Virus record (IMG/VR): IMGVR_UViG_3300025389_001063 | From: a virus | Taxonomy: Duplodnaviria > Caudoviricetes | Length of the DNA stretch: 64,000 nt | Reading direction: 5' to 3' (one strand) | In this document: positions 17,311 through 26,547 of the stretch, piece after piece | Layout of the letters: the number at the start of each line of letters is the position of its first letter | How positions within the stretch are numbered: position 1 is the stretch's first letter | Program-made: the position numbers and the translations under genes | The notes under the pieces: generated by a model | What the model was told of the DNA's origin: nothing | The model's input: only the letters and a program-made list of their open reading frames with translations | The model's database searches: none

Positions 17311-17613
17311 CTATTGTTTGATTTTATCGGAGTTTTTAAGAACCTGTGTAAGGACATCCTCTCTAATACAAACGGCATCCCCTCTTAATGTTCTAACTGC
17401 TATACCTTTTTGTTCAGCACAGTTATCTAATATCTTTAATATATTAGAAGATTCTGTTGTGTAGTTCCATAGACTAAGAATAGAAAATCCTACCATAACA
17501 TAGAAGAATACATTAAAGATCCAAACCATTCCTTTTGGTGGAGTTGATTCTTCTGGTGGTTCGGGTTCTGCTTGTTGTTTTCTATATTTCTTCCAATCAA
17601 AATCAGTTGGCAT
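17311..17613 (-). CDS. membrane protein
   Basis: central TM; C..QKG......G..VC motif. Confidence 0.55.
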   Translation of the reverse strand: MPTDFDWKKYRKQQAEPEPPEESTPPKGMVWIFNVFFYVMVGFSILSLWNYTTESSNILKILDNCAEQKGIAVRTLRGDAVCIREDVLTQVLKNSDKIKQ

Positions 17614-17616
17614 ATA

Positions 17617-17793
17617 CTATCCTTTTTTCTTCGGTTGTGGAGTATTCTTACCCATTGTACCAGTTACAGCAGGAGCAGTAACAATTTGATTAAGATCGGG
17701 ATGATTCTTCAGAAAATCATCTAGTTCTGAAATCTTCATAAATTGTTCGAATACTTCACCGGTATGTTTATCTTGAAATTGATATGTGGGCAT
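17617..17793 (-). CDS. small conserved phage protein (FmdB-like N-terminus; not in track)
   Basis: MPTYQFQDKHTGEVFEQFMKISELDDFLKNHPDL. Confidence 0.6.
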   Translation of the reverse strand: MPTYQFQDKHTGEVFEQFMKISELDDFLKNHPDLNQIVTAPAVTGTMGKNTPQPKKKG

Positions 17794-17816
17794 TAGTAAT
17801 CCTTTTATAAACTATA

Positions 17817-17990
17817 TTAGTTCTTCTTCAGTAAGTCAAATGAATTGAGCGCATAGTCATATTCATATTTCTGACTCCACCAAAGCAATAGTCTTTCGCG
17901 TTCATATACATATCGCAGCCAGTACCATCGTCCGTTTATTTTTAGTGGCCACCAAAGAAATTTACGTTCCCATAAGGTCCAATTACTCAT
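17817..17990 (-). CDS. Trp-rich small phage protein (not in track)
   Basis: MSNWTLWERKFLWWPLKINGRWYWLRYVYER. Confidence 0.55.
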   Translation of the reverse strand: MSNWTLWERKFLWWPLKINGRWYWLRYVYERERLLLWWSQKYEYDYALNSFDLLKKN

Positions 17991-17997
17991 CTATTAA

Positions 17998-18303
17998 TTA
18001 TTTGATATCCCAAGACCTTGGAATGTTTCTGGATTTAAGCATAATCCAACTAAGTTCTTTATCGTCTATAGGATATTCTCGCCATTCGTTACACTGATCT
18101 TTAAGTACTTGGACATTGCCAAATTCAATACGGAGACATCGCTCACATTTTGTTAGCATACGATAATCTACCTGTGTATCGCTCTTATAGACGATTCCTT
18201 CGCCCATATCGTAATAGTATGTGATCATGTGTCTCAAATATTGCGGTCTCGCATATACTAATTTATCTTGATTGGCTTTGCTTTTAGCAGTATCCATGCC
18301 CAT
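17998..18303 (-). CDS. hypothetical protein, YYY...W-I-L-K family
   Basis: MITYYYD...ELSWIMLKS. Confidence 0.55.
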   Translation of the reverse strand: MGMDTAKSKANQDKLVYARPQYLRHMITYYYDMGEGIVYKSDTQVDYRMLTKCERCLRIEFGNVQVLKDQCNEWREYPIDDKELSWIMLKSRNIPRSWDIK

Positions 18304-18464
18304 TCTTGGTCACTTATACGTTCATCTAGTCTATGTGGTTTGTAACTATCAATAACCATTTGGTTACAGTATATCTCTTCGATATGATTACCATAACCAC
18401 CCCAATGAAGCGTATCATTCGTTGATATATATGTCCCATCGTCTAAGAGATAATAATAGATCAT
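18258..18464 (-). CDS. hypothetical protein, YYY...W-I-L-K family
   Basis: MIYYYL...EWAWILLKAKP. Confidence 0.55.
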   Translation of the reverse strand: MIYYYLLDDGTYISTNDTLHWGGYGNHIEEIYCNQMVIDSYKPHRLDERISDQEWAWILLKAKPIKIN

Positions 18465-18772
18465 GTATGTGGTGGATCTTTAACGCCGCCACTCTTAATT
18501 AGGATCAGCATCCAATCTTTAGGAGATACATATCTCGGTTCATCTAAGACCCATTTATCTTCCATAATGCAAGTAATATGTCCGTGTTCATATTTGTATA
18601 TTCTTATACCATAATCGTAAGTATAGAACATATGACTTTTAACAAAGGATCCATCGGTCATTTCGTAATAGTAGTGAGTATCGGGCCAATTATGATAATG
18701 TCGATCTATATAACTATCTTCCACGTTATTCACCTTGTGATTGAGAGACTGCTCTATGATAATATCTAGCAA
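18461..18772 (-). CDS. hypothetical protein, YYY...W-I-L-K family
   Basis: HYYYE...DWMLILIKS. Confidence 0.55.
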   Translation of the reverse strand: MLDIIIEQSLNHKVNNVEDSYIDRHYHNWPDTHYYYEMTDGSFVKSHMFYTYDYGIRIYKYEHGHITCIMEDKWVLDEPRYVSPKDWMLILIKSGGVKDPPHT

Positions 18773-18968
18773 ATATATCTAATCTATCTTCTTCGGAGTA
18801 ACAATCTGGTATTGGGTAACCTTTTACTTGTAACCAAACAATTTCAGCCATTGATAAAAGGAATTCTTTTTCTCTGCGTTCGCTTTCTGCTAAAGCATTA
18901 AGAGTTTCGTAATGAGTCTCATTTATTTCTTGAAGCATTTTTGCAATCTTAATTCTTTTATCGCTCAT
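18726..18968 (-). CDS. conserved hypothetical protein
   Basis: TAAATA promoter and GGAG RBS. Confidence 0.6.
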   Translation of the reverse strand: MSDKRIKIAKMLQEINETHYETLNALAESERREKEFLLSMAEIVWLQVKGYPIPDCYSEEDRLDIFARYYHRAVSQSQGE

Positions 18969-19000
18969 AGACTTTCTCCAAATCTATTTATAGTATACAA

Positions 19001-19255
19001 TCAAGCATGTCCAGGATCAAAGTAATTTGACATTTTGGTAGGATGAGGTTTTGCTGCTAATAGTATAAAAGTAGTTTCCTGGGGATCTAGGTAGTAATAA
19101 GTTGTACCGTATCCAGCAATGCATTGTAGACCATTGTCTTGCATCTGGAATACTCTAGTGCTTATACTGGCAAGGAAAGGATCAAAGTAGTTTTCGTGAA
19201 TGTATGGTGGATTACCGTTCTTCTGAAAATTCTCTTCAATTTCGTAATAGTAAAT
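19001..19255 (-). CDS. YYY family member lacking ATG/GTG/TTG (ATT start or pseudogene)
   Basis: 84-codon frame IYYYEIEEN...ETTFILLAAKP; GGAG 7 nt before ATT. Confidence 0.4.
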   Translation of the reverse strand: MYYYEIEENFQKNGNPPYIHENYFDPFLASISTRVFQMQDNGLQCIAGYGTTYYYLDPQETTFILLAAKPHPTKMSNYFDPGHA

Positions 19256-19374
19256 TAGTTATCTCCGGGAATATAATGATAGTTAGTGTAAGCATTATAA
19301 AGACTGTAGCACATAAGCTGCATCCTATATAAAGTTTCTCTGCTACTATTAGTTTCTTTGGTCTAGCCATAATT

Positions 19375-19581
19375 TTACTTATCATCGTAATGGGCCTTGC
19401 CCAAATTGTCTACCCAGAATCCTGGCTTACGATTTATGCCTTCGTCTCTTAATTTTTTATCAAATTCAAATCTTTTTTCCACATACCAATATATTCGTTC
19501 TTGTTCATCATTTGGTGGAGTTTGTTTTCTGACCCATTCTATGTATTGCACTTCAAACTCTGCTTGTGTTATTATTGTCAC
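19375..19581 (-). CDS. hypothetical protein
   Basis: ORF in array. Confidence 0.5.
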   Translation of the reverse strand: MTIITQAEFEVQYIEWVRKQTPPNDEQERIYWYVEKRFEFDKKLRDEGINRKPGFWVDNLGKAHYDDK

Positions 19582-19789
19582 AGCCCCACCTCATAAAGAA
19601 TAATAGTCTGTCGTTAGGGTCTTCTATTATTAAAAAGTGTGGCTCTTGTGTGACTACGACCCCGGGAAATGTTTTTATAGCTTCCCAATTCTTTACTGCC
19701 CACTGAACATCTCTAATATAGATGAGTTGTGGGACTTCTAAGTCTTCGCATGTTTCAAAGTACTTAGTACGCATGACTTTACTTATCAA
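19553..19789 (-). CDS. hypothetical protein, F/L-x-L-K-W family
   Basis: DRLLFFMRWG motif. Confidence 0.55.
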   Translation of the reverse strand: MISKVMRTKYFETCEDLEVPQLIYIRDVQWAVKNWEAIKTFPGVVVTQEPHFLIIEDPNDRLLFFMRWGCDNNNTSRV

Positions 19790-21165
19790 AAATTAGCCCT
19801 CAAACGTATTCCAAAAACATGAGCAGAATGACTTTGACTATTAAAGTTAGGATTAATAACACGTTGATAATCAGCAGTTATAGCAAGTCTATCGTTAATA
19901 GTCCATTTGTAATAAGTTTCTATAGTTTTCTGAGCAGCATATCCTGCTGATCCTGCTCCATATGGGGTAAAACTGAGATCATTATTATTGAAGATGTTAT
20001 TTCCTTTAATATGTTGTATACCAAATGCAGCACCAATCTCATCTCCGGGTCTATTCCATAACTTCCCGTCAAACACAAGACCATTACTGAATGTATGAGT
20101 AATATCAGATATTGATACAGACTTATTATCCATACCTGCTCTCATAAAATATCCAATGCCGTCTGCTAATTGTTGTTGTAGATTAACACCAATACCAAAT
20201 ACAGTTCTTCGCATTAGATCGTTAAGTTCAGTTCTATTAATTCCATTTACATAATCAATAAGACTGTTAAGACCTTGGTATCCTCCATTCTGATCTAGAT
20301 ATCCGTAATCTCTATAACCAATTAGTTTAAGACTACCGGGATTATCGAATAAATGATATCTTCTTTCTAGTTCTGATATTAACATATATTGTCTTAAGGG
20401 AACTGGATCTATATTATTACTAGGTGGTGGTAGTGATCCCTGGAATATACCTGTTCTCCAAGACCAATTATAATAATGCCAATCAAACATAGCACCAACA
20501 GTAGTACCCCAAGAATTACCAACATAGTCAACAGAGTCAAATCCAGAAAAGGATTGATTCATAAACTTTCTAGTTGGGTCGTGAGCATATATGTTACCAT
20601 CAAATATATCGCCAACAGCAAACTTACCAAATGTAAATGTTAGGGTATTTTCAGAAACTTTATCAGCAAGTTTCTGTTCAACTGAAGCAAGTGCATCACT
20701 TCGTGTGCCGCTAAAGTCTGGCATAATAGTATCTTCGCCTTCTATGTCAATTACTTGTCTAAAGAATAATCTTTGTAATTGCATATAAGGATTATTAGTG
20801 TTTACATTTGGAACTGTGGAATTAACATTGTTAGCAAAGTCTATATTGTTTGAAATGTTATAACCTTGGTATATTTCTGTATTGCTATAAACACTAGCAC
20901 CTTTCCAAAGTTTCATACCAAGATAGAAACTGCTCTTAACCATATTGTCAACTTGACCTTTATTGAAAGGATTATTTGGATCAACGTTATTTTTATAAGT
21001 TGGATAACCTTGCACAGTATCAAGCACAAGTCCGTTGATGGTTAATGTGCTAAGTGGATTAGAGTCGTCTAGTTTCCAAGGCCAATCAAATTTAGGACTG
21101 TGATCAGCCCAAGCAGGAGTAGCAGCCAAAAGGAATATTAACCCTAGAGTCTTGGATTTAACCAT
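19786..21165 (-). CDS. outer-membrane beta-barrel porin, OprB/carbohydrate-porin family, MnoP (Mn2+ porin)-like
   Basis: signal peptide; RLFFRQVI, TFGKFAVGDIFD.N.YAHDP...FMN, ETYY, ADYQ.V.NP; terminal Phe. Confidence 0.8.
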   Translation of the reverse strand: MVKSKTLGLIFLLAATPAWADHSPKFDWPWKLDDSNPLSTLTINGLVLDTVQGYPTYKNNVDPNNPFNKGQVDNMVKSSFYLGMKLWKGASVYSNTEIYQGYNISNNIDFANNVNSTVPNVNTNNPYMQLQRLFFRQVIDIEGEDTIMPDFSGTRSDALASVEQKLADKVSENTLTFTFGKFAVGDIFDGNIYAHDPTRKFMNQSFSGFDSVDYVGNSWGTTVGAMFDWHYYNWSWRTGIFQGSLPPPSNNIDPVPLRQYMLISELERRYHLFDNPGSLKLIGYRDYGYLDQNGGYQGLNSLIDYVNGINRTELNDLMRRTVFGIGVNLQQQLADGIGYFMRAGMDNKSVSISDITHTFSNGLVFDGKLWNRPGDEIGAAFGIQHIKGNNIFNNNDLSFTPYGAGSAGYAAQKTIETYYKWTINDRLAITADYQRVINPNFNSQSHSAHVFGIRLRANF

Positions 21166-21208
21166 AATAGGATAATAGCATATTGCTTAAAAAATAAGTA
21201 GTTTTATC

Positions 21209-22000
21209 ATGCTCAAACATCAATTTTTAAATTCTGATCGATTCAAAATATACAATACGACTCATGGATGGTTTTATACAGATACTTTAGAACAGTACAA
21301 TAAAGTAAAGGACAATCCACAAGTTCAATATAACCCTGGAGAAGTTGTTTACAAATTTAATAATAGAGGATTTCGTTGTGATGATTTTAGTAACTGGAAA
21401 AATCATCCAATTAGGATTTTATTTGCAGGATGCAGTGAAACCGAAGGAGTGGGTATTCCTCTAGAGAAAACCTGGGCAAAACTATTTCACAACATGCTTT
21501 GTGATCAATTGGGTCCAATACCTTTTTGGAGCATTGCACATAGTGGTGCCAGTATGGATCATTTAGTAAAACATTTATATTTGGAAGGCAATGAATTACG
21601 TCCACAGATAGTAATATCTTTATTACCTAGATTTGAGAGAAGAGAGCGATGGAGTGAAGACCATTGGGGACCTTGGTTAACTTATACAAAGGAAGATAAG
21701 AATACTGCTAAGATATTTCTCAAAGAAGAATATATTAGATATCAAACCGAAAAGAATTTATCATTTATTGATCTCCTTATGAATAGATGGGATAGTTTAT
21801 TTCTCTATTCAAAAATCGATTCCGATTATGATCTTAGTAACATAACATTTTCAAAATTTAAGAATGTCGATCATCGATTGGAATTTATTGATCTTGGGAG
21901 AGATGGGTGGCATGCTGGTCCGGAATCAAATAAATTATTTGCTGAAAGAATGTTTAATGATTTTTATCCTTACATAAGAGAAAAATTAAATGATTCCTGA
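21209..22000 (+). CDS. SGNH/GDSL-hydrolase-like protein, paralog 1
   Basis: YKFNNRGFRCDDF, FAGCSETEG (nucleophile Ser), DGWHAG (DxxH). Confidence 0.7.
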   Translation: MLKHQFLNSDRFKIYNTTHGWFYTDTLEQYNKVKDNPQVQYNPGEVVYKFNNRGFRCDDFSNWKNHPIRILFAGCSETEGVGIPLEKTWAKLFHNMLCDQLGPIPFWSIAHSGASMDHLVKHLYLEGNELRPQIVISLLPRFERRERWSEDHWGPWLTYTKEDKNTAKIFLKEEYIRYQTEKNLSFIDLLMNRWDSLFLYSKIDSDYDLSNITFSKFKNVDHRLEFIDLGRDGWHAGPESNKLFAERMFNDFYPYIREKLNDS

Positions 22001-22766
22001 ATTTTTAGATATCAGAAGAGACATTGTTGCCAACAAAACATTTCAGTGGATGCCCATGGATACTGAAGAGAATTATACAAAAGTCAAAGACTTAGTTCCT
22101 TATGGGCCAAACGATATTACTTACAAATACAATAATTATGGATTTCGATGTGATGACTTTGATAGTTGGGAAAAGTATCTTTATCGAATTTTATTTGCAG
22201 GATGCAGTATGACTGAAGGCATTGGACTTCCGCTAGAAGACCTATGGACCAAAAAGTTACATAGCATGATTTGTAAAGAATTAAATCAAGAAATACCTTA
22301 TTGGAGTATTGCATCAGGTGGAACTGGGTTGGATCATATGACTCGTTATCTTTATAATTTAAAGGATCTATTACGTCCACAAATTATAATATGTTACATT
22401 CCTAGTTCTGTTAGACGTGAACGATGGCATGAAGATCGCTGGAGTGTTTGGTCTCTGGAAAGAGAAAAAGATACAGATTTTTTAACGAATGAGCAATTGG
22501 TTAATTATCAAACTGAAAAAAATTTAGTTATGATTAATCTAATGTGTGAAGAAATAGATGCACATTTTTTATATTCGAGACAGTTTGAGGAGTATAAAGT
22601 AGAAAATCTTAATCTTTCGAATTTTATCTATAAAGAATTATTCATAATGCAATTGGATCTTGCTAGGGACAATATGCATGCCGGGCCAAAATCAAATGAG
22701 TTATTTGCCAATACTGCTTTTGAAATTTTTTGGCCAAATATATCAGAAAAGTTAGGCTTGACATAA
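21990..22766 (+). CDS. SGNH/GDSL-hydrolase-like protein, paralog 2
   Basis: YNNYGFRCDDF, FAGCSMTEG, DNMHAG. Confidence 0.7.
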   Translation: MIPEFLDIRRDIVANKTFQWMPMDTEENYTKVKDLVPYGPNDITYKYNNYGFRCDDFDSWEKYLYRILFAGCSMTEGIGLPLEDLWTKKLHSMICKELNQEIPYWSIASGGTGLDHMTRYLYNLKDLLRPQIIICYIPSSVRRERWHEDRWSVWSLEREKDTDFLTNEQLVNYQTEKNLVMINLMCEEIDAHFLYSRQFEEYKVENLNLSNFIYKELFIMQLDLARDNMHAGPKSNELFANTAFEIFWPNISEKLGLT

Positions 22767-22791
22767 TAAAAAATGATGTTTAAATAAGAGT

Positions 22792-22968
22792 ATGATAATA
22801 TGTTCATGTCGCACAGTATGCACCCGAAAGATTAAGGAATGCATGGATCGTCTTCCAAATCCAACTGTCAAGACAATATTAAAAGAACTCAACTGGACGC
22901 CCGAATGTGCCACTTGTGCCAAAAGTATAGTAAAAGAAATTAATTCTATGTTGGATCAGAAGCAATGA
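22792..22968 (+). CDS. bfd: bacterioferritin-associated ferredoxin-like [2Fe-2S] protein (not in track)
   Basis: MIICSCRTV...ECATCAKSI: C-x-C plus C-x2-C in 58 aa; TAAATA 5 nt upstream. Confidence 0.7.
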   Translation: MIICSCRTVCTRKIKECMDRLPNPTVKTILKELNWTPECATCAKSIVKEINSMLDQKQ

Positions 22969-23150
22969 CTGCAAGACAAAAAGAAATTCAAGGATATGTT
23001 ATTATCGGATTGTTAATATTTTCTTATTGGGTAGGTCAAGTTTATAGTGTTACCCAAAAAGGTATTGAGCATTCTTATGAAATGGAGCAGAAAACTGGTA
23101 AACATTGGATTATGGATCTACAAGGGAAACCCCTCGGAGATACATATTAA
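22965..23150 (+). CDS. small membrane protein
   Basis: TM helix; ATGA-coupled. Confidence 0.5.
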   Translation: MTARQKEIQGYVIIGLLIFSYWVGQVYSVTQKGIEHSYEMEQKTGKHWIMDLQGKPLGDTY

Positions 23151-24070
23151 TGTATAAAAAATTTATTGTGGAACTATCTAAACATAAAGATGATATAGAT
23201 TCAGTAATTTGTGAATTTGATATTCAAAAAGATAATTTATCGCAATCATGGGCAAAAGAAATCAATAACAATTATCCATTTTATGAACAAGATAGATTTA
23301 CATATTGGCCCAATAATGGCAAGGATGAGGAACACTTTGCTAAGAAATTAAATGAACAAATCGATATAATAAACAAAACGTATCCCGGAAGAGTTACATT
23401 AAAAGCAAGTCCAGATATGGACCAACAAACAATGAATGAGATGCATGTCTTTTTTGAAAGACTTCGAGGGCCTATCGAAAGTCCATTAGAATGGTATCTT
23501 AATGCTACAGATGATGTTAAAAAAGCAATCGAGCGTCTTAATCTTTTAGTTCATGAATATGAATATAAGCAACTTAATAAAGAATTAGAAAAACTTACAG
23601 AACATCCAAATGCCATGATTGTGGGAACATATGAACCAAAACCTAGATTTAAATTAACTAATGACGAATACAAATTGTTTACATATAGGTATACGTTTGG
23701 AACAGTTTATATTAATTATTGTGTAGTTGGTAAGCCAATCCTTGATGTATTTTTAAATCAGGATGAAGATATAGGAAATGATAATATTCGTCCACAGGAT
23801 CACTGGTCTGCTGATTGGATGATTAAATTTGGAGCAGCATTACCAGAATGGAAAGTTACAGAAATGGAAAAAGATTTCTGGAAATGGTTTGAAAGCAAAG
23901 AAGATTTTTTTAATAATTTGGGTATATTAAGAGGACCTAAAATGTCTTTAGGACAGATACCTGTTGCACAATTAAATCGTGAGTGTTTATTATGTTATGG
24001 TTTAAGCAATTTAGAAATAGTAAACAAATTATCTCCATACCAATATTTAAAATCAACTCGGGTTGAATAG
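23150..24070 (+). CDS. conserved jumbo-phage hypothetical protein
   Basis: LH..FE.LRG, LN.LVH.YE, GTVYINYC.VGK motifs; start MYKKF. Confidence 0.65.
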   Translation: MYKKFIVELSKHKDDIDSVICEFDIQKDNLSQSWAKEINNNYPFYEQDRFTYWPNNGKDEEHFAKKLNEQIDIINKTYPGRVTLKASPDMDQQTMNEMHVFFERLRGPIESPLEWYLNATDDVKKAIERLNLLVHEYEYKQLNKELEKLTEHPNAMIVGTYEPKPRFKLTNDEYKLFTYRYTFGTVYINYCVVGKPILDVFLNQDEDIGNDNIRPQDHWSADWMIKFGAALPEWKVTEMEKDFWKWFESKEDFFNNLGILRGPKMSLGQIPVAQLNRECLLCYGLSNLEIVNKLSPYQYLKSTRVE

Positions 24071-24117
24071 GTTGACACAAATCCTACATTGTATATAATA
24101 TAGGAAAGTGAGGAACC

Positions 24118-25416
24118 ATGCATCAGATTATCCAAGAACTCGAATCCGATAATAGTCGTCTTGCTAAAGAAGCAATTCTATTGCGTGAAGCAAATGCTAA
24201 CAATATGGAATTCTTTGCGGGATGTCGTCTAGCATATGATGCTAAGATTACTTTTGGAATTAAGCAACTTCCAGAATCAACAGAAGACGGACCCGGATTG
24301 CTTTGGAATGATTTTAGAACAACAGTTGATCAATTCATTCACAGAAACATTACTGGTAATATGGCTAGAATGTATCTTGCGGAATTAATGGCTACTGCTA
24401 CTAAGGATCAATGGAATGGTTGGTACCGACGTATCCTCATTAAAGATTTACGTTGTGGTATTAGTGATAAGAGTATCAACAGTGCTGCTAAGAAAGCAGA
24501 CAAACCACATCTTATGGTTCCAGTATTCACTTGTCAACTAGCACATGATGGAGCAAACCATGAATCAAAGATTACAGGACACAAACAAATTGAAGTCAAA
24601 TTGGATGGCGTTAGGATTATTACTATTGTATATCCTAATGGGCGTGTTGATCAGTTTAGCCGCAACGGAAAAGAACTTGTTAACTTCCCACATATTCGAA
24701 ACGAATTTACAAAAATGGCTAAAGACATAAATGAACCTATGGTCTTTGACGGCGAGATTATGAGTAGTTCATTTCAGGACTTAATGAAACAAGTACATCG
24801 AAAAGATAATGTTCAAGCACAAGATGCTACATTATATCTTTTTGATTGGTTAACTCTTAAAGAATTTGAAGAAGGTAGGAGCAACGTTGCTCAAATTAAT
24901 CGCAGCAACCTACTTAGTCAATTCCTCAAAGCATACAATTTCGATTCCATTGAGCAACTTGGATTTGAATTTGTAAATCTTGACAACGAGGAAGGTAAGA
25001 AACGTTTTGCCGAGATTAATGCTTATGCTATTGAAAATGGTTATGAAGGTATTATGATTAAAGACGTTGATGCTCCTTATGAATGTAAAAGGTCAACTGC
25101 TTGGCTCAAACAGAAACCTTTTATTGAAGTTAGTCTTGCTGTTAAGGATGTTGAAGAAGGCACAGGTCGCAATGAAGGACGACTTGGTGCATTAGTTTGT
25201 GAAGGAGAAGATGATGGGAAATTTATCAGGGTTAATGTGGGTAGCGGATTTACTGATGATAATCGTAGTAGTTATTGGTCCTCTCGCAGCCTTTTACTGG
25301 GCAGCGTTGTGGAAGTAAGAGCAGATGCTATTACTCAAAATCAAGATGGAACTTATAGTTTGCGATTCCCTCGTTTCTTAAGGTTCCGTGGATTCGAGTC
25401 TGGAGAGAAACTATAG
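24118..25416 (+). CDS. lig: ATP-dependent DNA ligase
   Basis: motif I EVKLDGVR, DGEI, EGIMIK, WLKQK, OB fold VGSGF...LRFPRF. Confidence 0.95.
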   Translation: MHQIIQELESDNSRLAKEAILLREANANNMEFFAGCRLAYDAKITFGIKQLPESTEDGPGLLWNDFRTTVDQFIHRNITGNMARMYLAELMATATKDQWNGWYRRILIKDLRCGISDKSINSAAKKADKPHLMVPVFTCQLAHDGANHESKITGHKQIEVKLDGVRIITIVYPNGRVDQFSRNGKELVNFPHIRNEFTKMAKDINEPMVFDGEIMSSSFQDLMKQVHRKDNVQAQDATLYLFDWLTLKEFEEGRSNVAQINRSNLLSQFLKAYNFDSIEQLGFEFVNLDNEEGKKRFAEINAYAIENGYEGIMIKDVDAPYECKRSTAWLKQKPFIEVSLAVKDVEEGTGRNEGRLGALVCEGEDDGKFIRVNVGSGFTDDNRSSYWSSRSLLLGSVVEVRADAITQNQDGTYSLRFPRFLRFRGFESGEKL

Positions 25417-25442
25417 TTACTCAGTTCTTAAAAGAACCTTTT

Positions 25443-26189
25443 ATGTATCGAGCAAATACTCAAGACATTGTTCTTGCAACGGATCAATATGATCCAAGCA
25501 AAGGAAAACATATAAAATATAAATTCAACAATTATGGTTTTAGATGTGACGACTTTGATCACTGGGAGAAACATCCGTTAAGGGTAGTATTCACTGGATG
25601 TAGTTATTCGGAAGGAGTTGGTTTATCATTAGAAAATACATGGCCTAAGATTATTCATAAAAACCTTTGTGATGATTTTGGACTTATGCCTTTCTGGAAT
25701 CTATCTGCCGCAGCAAGTGGATTAGATCATATTGTCAAATATCTTTATCATTATGGGGATATGTTACATCCACAAATTGTAATTTGTTATCTTCCTAATA
25801 TTGAAAGAAGAGAAAGATGGGTTGGAGATTATTTTACTGCTAATACTCCAACTCCGATGTATGATAAGCTTAATAAAACATTTTTAAAAGAAGAATTTAT
25901 ATCTTATCAAACTGAAAAAGATTTTGTAATGTTAAATTTGTTGTTAGAAAAATTAGACAGTTATATGATATTCCACCCTGCTGTTAATGATATAGATATA
26001 TCATATATGAATTTATTGAACATACAACAGATAGACTTTAATGCCGATATCATGTATCATGACACTAAATTAGATGTAGCTAGAGATAACATGCACCCGG
26101 GTCCTAGATCGAATATTGAATTTGCTTCTAGACTGTACAATCAAATTAGAAAAATATCTAAAGAGAGGCTCAATGTTAATAGGATTTAG
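25443..26189 (+). CDS. SGNH/GDSL-hydrolase-like protein, paralog 3
   Basis: FNNYGFRCDDF, FTGCSYSEG, DNMHPG. Confidence 0.7.
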   Translation: MYRANTQDIVLATDQYDPSKGKHIKYKFNNYGFRCDDFDHWEKHPLRVVFTGCSYSEGVGLSLENTWPKIIHKNLCDDFGLMPFWNLSAAASGLDHIVKYLYHYGDMLHPQIVICYLPNIERRERWVGDYFTANTPTPMYDKLNKTFLKEEFISYQTEKDFVMLNLLLEKLDSYMIFHPAVNDIDISYMNLLNIQQIDFNADIMYHDTKLDVARDNMHPGPRSNIEFASRLYNQIRKISKERLNVNRI

Positions 26190-26547
26190 TATATCGAGAT
26201 GTATATCTGATATAATGGAAGATAAAGTTGATCCTGATGATATACTTCTTATCATAGGAAGAACTTACTTTGATCTTGATAGTATAGATCAACTTATCAC
26301 CGAGTATCAACATATGGGGCCTTGGTACGACTATGATAAGGATAAATTGAAAAATATATTAACAACATTATGGAAGTCGGGTAAAATACATCAACCTAGA
26401 AGATTTGGAGTACAACCTCCTTCTATGCCAAGAAGTAAGATATGGATGCGAGTTATACTTGATCAAAAAGATATGCCTAAACCCGCACAAGATGCTTGGG
26501 ATAAGTTTATAGTATTAGCAAGTCTATATGGAGCAAAGGGTGATTAA
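26173..26547 (+). CDS. conserved phage hypothetical protein
   Basis: MLIGFSISRC..DI; GK.HQPR.FG; GAGG RBS. Confidence 0.65.
   Translation: MLIGFSISRCISDIMEDKVDPDDILLIIGRTYFDLDSIDQLITEYQHMGPWYDYDKDKLKNILTTLWKSGKIHQPRRFGVQPPSMPRSKIWMRVILDQKDMPKPAQDAWDKFIVLASLYGAKGD

Noticed and set aside
21100-21165. Ala-Asp N-terminal motif for LDT-mediated tethering of the porin to peptidoglycan
   Set aside because: Predicted cleavage after AWA leaves Asp as residue 1, not Ala-Asp.
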